Assembly: GCF_001447785.1 (NCBI RefSeq)
Contig: NW_015161948.1
Span: 856,367-920,366, forward strand
Direction of reading: 5' to 3'
Length of the DNA: 64,000 nucleotides
Source: Gekko japonicus
Taxonomy: Eukaryota
Shown here one piece after another: positions 60,606-64,000 of this stretch (its first letter is position 1; every line of letters starts with the position of its first letter). A program made the position numbers and the translations under genes. A model generated the notes under the pieces. It was not told the DNA's origin. It searched no databases and saw nothing but the letters and a program-made list of their open reading frames with translations.

Positions 60606-61230
60606 ATGCATAGAATGACATTGTAAATTGTGAAAATAAACAAGAGTCCAATGGCTCCTTAAACAAGAGCAACGTTTATTCCAGCATAAGCTTTCTTGAC
60701 TCAGAGTGCATTTCATCAGATGTACAAAGTACACATTCATTAGGTAGATATATATATTAAAAACTGCAAATATGAAGTAGGGGGGTTATGTCACAACAGG
60801 AGATGTTTTAAAAGATCTAAGCAAAATATTGATCAATGCAGAGTAAACTGGGTTTCAGCTCCCTCACAGCCTTCAGAATCTAAATCCTTGCACCTTGCAT
60901 GAACATATCTCAAGGGCATACCCAAGTAAATACATAGATGTGAATACGAAGACATTAGTCCAGACATAGCCTGCCTTCAGACACACAGCAACTACTAAGG
61001 TATGTTTTGAACTGACTAGGATCCAGAAGATCCTCTCGATTCCCCTCTCTGCCATGGAACCTCACTTCCAGTCACTCTTTCATAGACTAACCCATCTGAC
61101 ACAGTTGTTGTCATAAAGATAAAATGGATGGGAGACTGATGCACAAAACTTTAAGTCTCCATCGGAGAGAAAAGTGGGATACAAACATCTATTCTTGGTG
61201 CTTGGGGGGGGGGGGCGCAACGGTGGGAGT

Positions 61231-61400
61231 CAGTGTTCCCTCTAAGCCGAGTTAGTGTGAGGTAGCTCACACATTTTTCTCTTCGCTCAGAAAGGACGGC
61301 TTCAGAGCAAACTAATTTATGCAGTAGCCAAATCGCTTGCTCACAACTTTAATGCCAGTAGCTCACAAAGTAGAATTTTTGCTCACAAGACTCCACAGCT
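61231..61400 (-). mobile_element. hAT MITE family A, partial
   Basis: Starts CAGTGTTCCCTCTAAGC; other end truncated. Confidence 0.85.
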
Positions 61401-61739
61401 CCAACTCCACACCCCCCAGCCTAAAATATGGCTGCCGGTCAACAAGGCAGCCTTAAGTAATGTGCAGGCTGGCTCCCACAACTTATATTCCACCTGTTTC
61501 CCCAACAGGGACCCAAAGTCACTTACATCGTTTCCTTCTCTTCCATTTTAACTTCACAACAGCCCTATGAGGTAGGTGAGGCTGAGAGTGTGTGACTGGC
61601 CCAGAGGTCACCCGGAGTGGGGATCCGAACTTGGGTCTCCCAGATGCAACTATACAAGAAGCTTCCTCCTCTGCGAAATTCTTCAGGAACTGCCTTAACT
61701 ACCTACCAACCGGGCCATATAACTCCCTATTCAAGGCTG

Positions 61740-62470
61740 GGATGTCGGCCTGAGGCCTAGTCCGTGATGTCACCGCGGCCCTTTATGACCGGCCGGCCAC
61801 CCTAAAACAGCCGTTTTCTCGAGCGCTCCCCGTCAGAGGGTGAAGCCAATGGGCCCTAACAAGCCATGCGGAGAGCGCCAAAGCGCCCCTGCTCGAATCT
61901 AAGGGCTCGGCTTTGCCACCTTTTCCTCCACCGCGGAGACGCACATACCGAAAATAAACGGGCGAGACTGAGGTAATTTAGTAACGAGTCGAGTCGAGTA
62001 AACGGGGCTCTTGGGGGGGGGGGGACCTTCGGGCAACAGAGAGCGGTCAAAAGGCGCGGGTGGGCGGGGTTTGACTGACCGGAAGAATTCCGGGACAGCT
62101 TTCTGAACGGCGCTGCGTATGTCCCTTCCCGCCTGCCGTCGCATTCGAGTTGCCAGGGCAACTGATAACCGTGGAGCTCTAGTTGAGGACTGGCACCACG
62201 GGACTGGTCGGGCTTTTTGATCTCTCCCGCATCCTCCCAGCCAAAGAAGCGGGGAGTTCAGGAAAACGCGGTGAGCGGTCTGCGACGTAGCGCTTCTTGG
62301 GCCCCCTAAGCCGCGGATCCTGTTTTCGCGATCGAGTTTACAATTGTAGGATCTGGGGAAGACTGTTAAAGCCAGAGTGCCGTTGAGCATGGGCAGAGTG
62401 ACCCACAGGGAGGAGTACCTACCGCGGCCGTCTCCTCTCTGATCTGGAAGGAGAGGCGGGGCTTCGTGAC
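61740..62470. promoter_or_regulatory. CpG island, likely SIAE promoter / non-coding first exon, possibly bidirectional
   Basis: CpG-dense with GC boxes, CCAAT (~61846) and CCGGAAG; donor-like sites on both strands (GTAGGT on minus near 61706 and 62422; GTAATT 61972 and GTGAGC 62271 on plus); 1.7 kb upstream of the SIAE ATG exon. Confidence 0.75.
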
Positions 62471-63211
62471 AGCTGAGAATCTCTCTGCTTAGATATCTTT
62501 TTTAAAAAACAGTCTTCCCTGATTTACATATGAAGCAGAGTGAGGTGGTAATATACTGGCTTGAAAAAAAGCAGGCGATGAATTGCATGTTTAAATGTCC
62601 TCTACATTTTAAGAAAAAAACCTCTTTGCGATTAAAAAAATAGCACAGCTGGGAGTGAACCTTTCTCCCTTTGTGGCTAGCCTTTGACTTGCAGGGAGTC
62701 CCTTATGTGGGGAAGCATTCCAGGGTAGCATATCCCACCTTGAAGAGGTACACTCTCCGTTCTGCCTGCTTAGGGTTCTGCCACATCCCACTGCATATGT
62801 AAACCAAGTGGTGGCATAAGCTTTCTTGTGCCTATGGATGATGTGTGTTTTTCTTGAATGGGGTTTGTGTTGTATATGACTTCTAACAAGCCATAAGGAA
62901 AGTTTCTTGTATGTTCTCATAACAACCAGTATGTTGGCTGTACTAGTAATAGCATTTGTCTTTGATGGTATACCATTCCAGTCAATCATCCTGGACACAG
63001 GTAATGGGATCTAGATATGAGCAGCACTTTTTCTCTGCAGGGAAATGTCCTTTTACTAGTCATTTATTGCCTTGACCTGGATGGCCCAGGTTAACCTGAT
63101 CTTGTCAGCATTTGGAAGCTAAGTACTGGTTATTGGATCGCCAAGGAAGTGCAGGGTCAGTTTGCAGAGGCAGGCAATGGCAAACCACTTCTGAACATCT
63201 CTTGCCTTGCC

Positions 63212-64000
63212 AAGTCCTATGAGGAAAGGCTGAAGGAGCTGGGTATGTTTAGCTTGGAGAGGAGATGACTGAGAGGTGATATAAGCATCTTCAAGTACTT
63301 GAGGGGATGTCATATAGAGGATGGTGCGGAGTTGTTTTCTGTTGCCCCAGAAGGTCGGACCAGAACCAATGGGTTGAAATTAAACCAAAAGAGTTTTCGG
63401 CTAAACATTAGGAAGAACTTCCAGGCACTTAGAACAGGCTTCCTCGGGAGGTGGTGGGCTCTCCTTCTTTGGATGTTTTCAAACAGAGGCTAGATGGCCA
63501 TCTGACAGCAATGCTGATTCTGTGAACTTAGGCAGATAACAAAAAGAGAGGGCAGCAGTGTTCCCTCTAAGCTGAGTTAGTGTGAGCTAGCTCTCAGTTT
63601 TTTAGCTTCCCGCTCACATATTTTTGACTTAGCTCAGGAAGGATGGCTGCAGAGCAAACTGATTTATGCAGTCGCCAAATGGCTCGCTCACAACTTTCAT
63701 GCCAGTAGCTCACAAAGTACAGTTTTTGCTCACAAGACTCTACAGCTTAGAGGGAACATTGGAGGGCAGGCAGGGTTGCCTCAGCACTTAGTTCTCGTGG
63801 CCCTTTCTTACACACCCAGGGAAATGCAGATCACCACTTTGGGGTCAGGAAGCAATTTTTCTCCAGGCCAGGTTGCCTGGGGATCCTGGGAGGTTTTTTG
63901 CTATCTTCTGGGCATGGAACAGGGGTCACTGGGGTTTGGGTGGATATTTGTGAATTTCCTGCATTGTGCAGGGGGTTGGGCTAGATGACCCTGGAGATCC
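63212..64000 (+). mobile_element. CR1 LINE 3' fragment
   Basis: YEERLKELGMFSLERR.LRGD...FKYLRGCHIEDGAELFSVAPEGRTRTNGLKL...FRLNIRKNF; CTAGATGACCC near the window end. Confidence 0.88.
63556..63761 (-). mobile_element. hAT MITE family A nested in CR1
   Basis: Both TIRs; perfect TSD GAGGGCAG. Confidence 0.92.

Noticed and set aside
61856-62998. SPA17 or another gene at the right-hand CpG island (101-163 aa ORFs)
   Set aside because: No SPA17 N-terminal RIIa-like peptide seen; ORFs are explained by GC content. A partner gene may lie beyond the window.

Overview
Vertebrate genomic DNA from a squamate reptile (Sauria SINE, BovB, 5S-derived SINEs and Penelope repeats; the repeat mix suggests a gecko). 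It is a draft assembly with three N gaps. Four intron-containing genes can be rebuilt exon by exon with consistent splice phases: PUS3 (+, CDS 900-6289, ~482 aa), RPUSD4 (+, 11614-20517, ~360 aa), PANX3 (+, 26569-36707, or to 38905 with a probable fifth exon) and SIAE (-, 60091-44159, ~511 aa). CpG-island promoters lie at ~11.1-11.8 kb and ~61.7-62.5 kb. The rest is rich in transposons: several non-autonomous hAT families with 8-bp TSDs, SINEs, and LINE fragments (BovB, CR1, L2, Penelope). I see no evidence for a wholly new multi-gene system. The best candidates for something undescribed are: (1) a complete 1.78-kb L1-type element with 5' end, ORF1, polyA and 16-bp TSD but no ORF2 (HAL1-like); (2) a probable PANX1-like fifth exon in PANX3; (3) a tandem duplication giving RPUSD4 two competing last-exon acceptors; (4) a gene order differing from human, with a possible divergent HYLS1-type promoter; (5) a nested perfect palindrome resembling a folded-back LTR end. 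Comparisons with human genes are from memory and need database confirmation.
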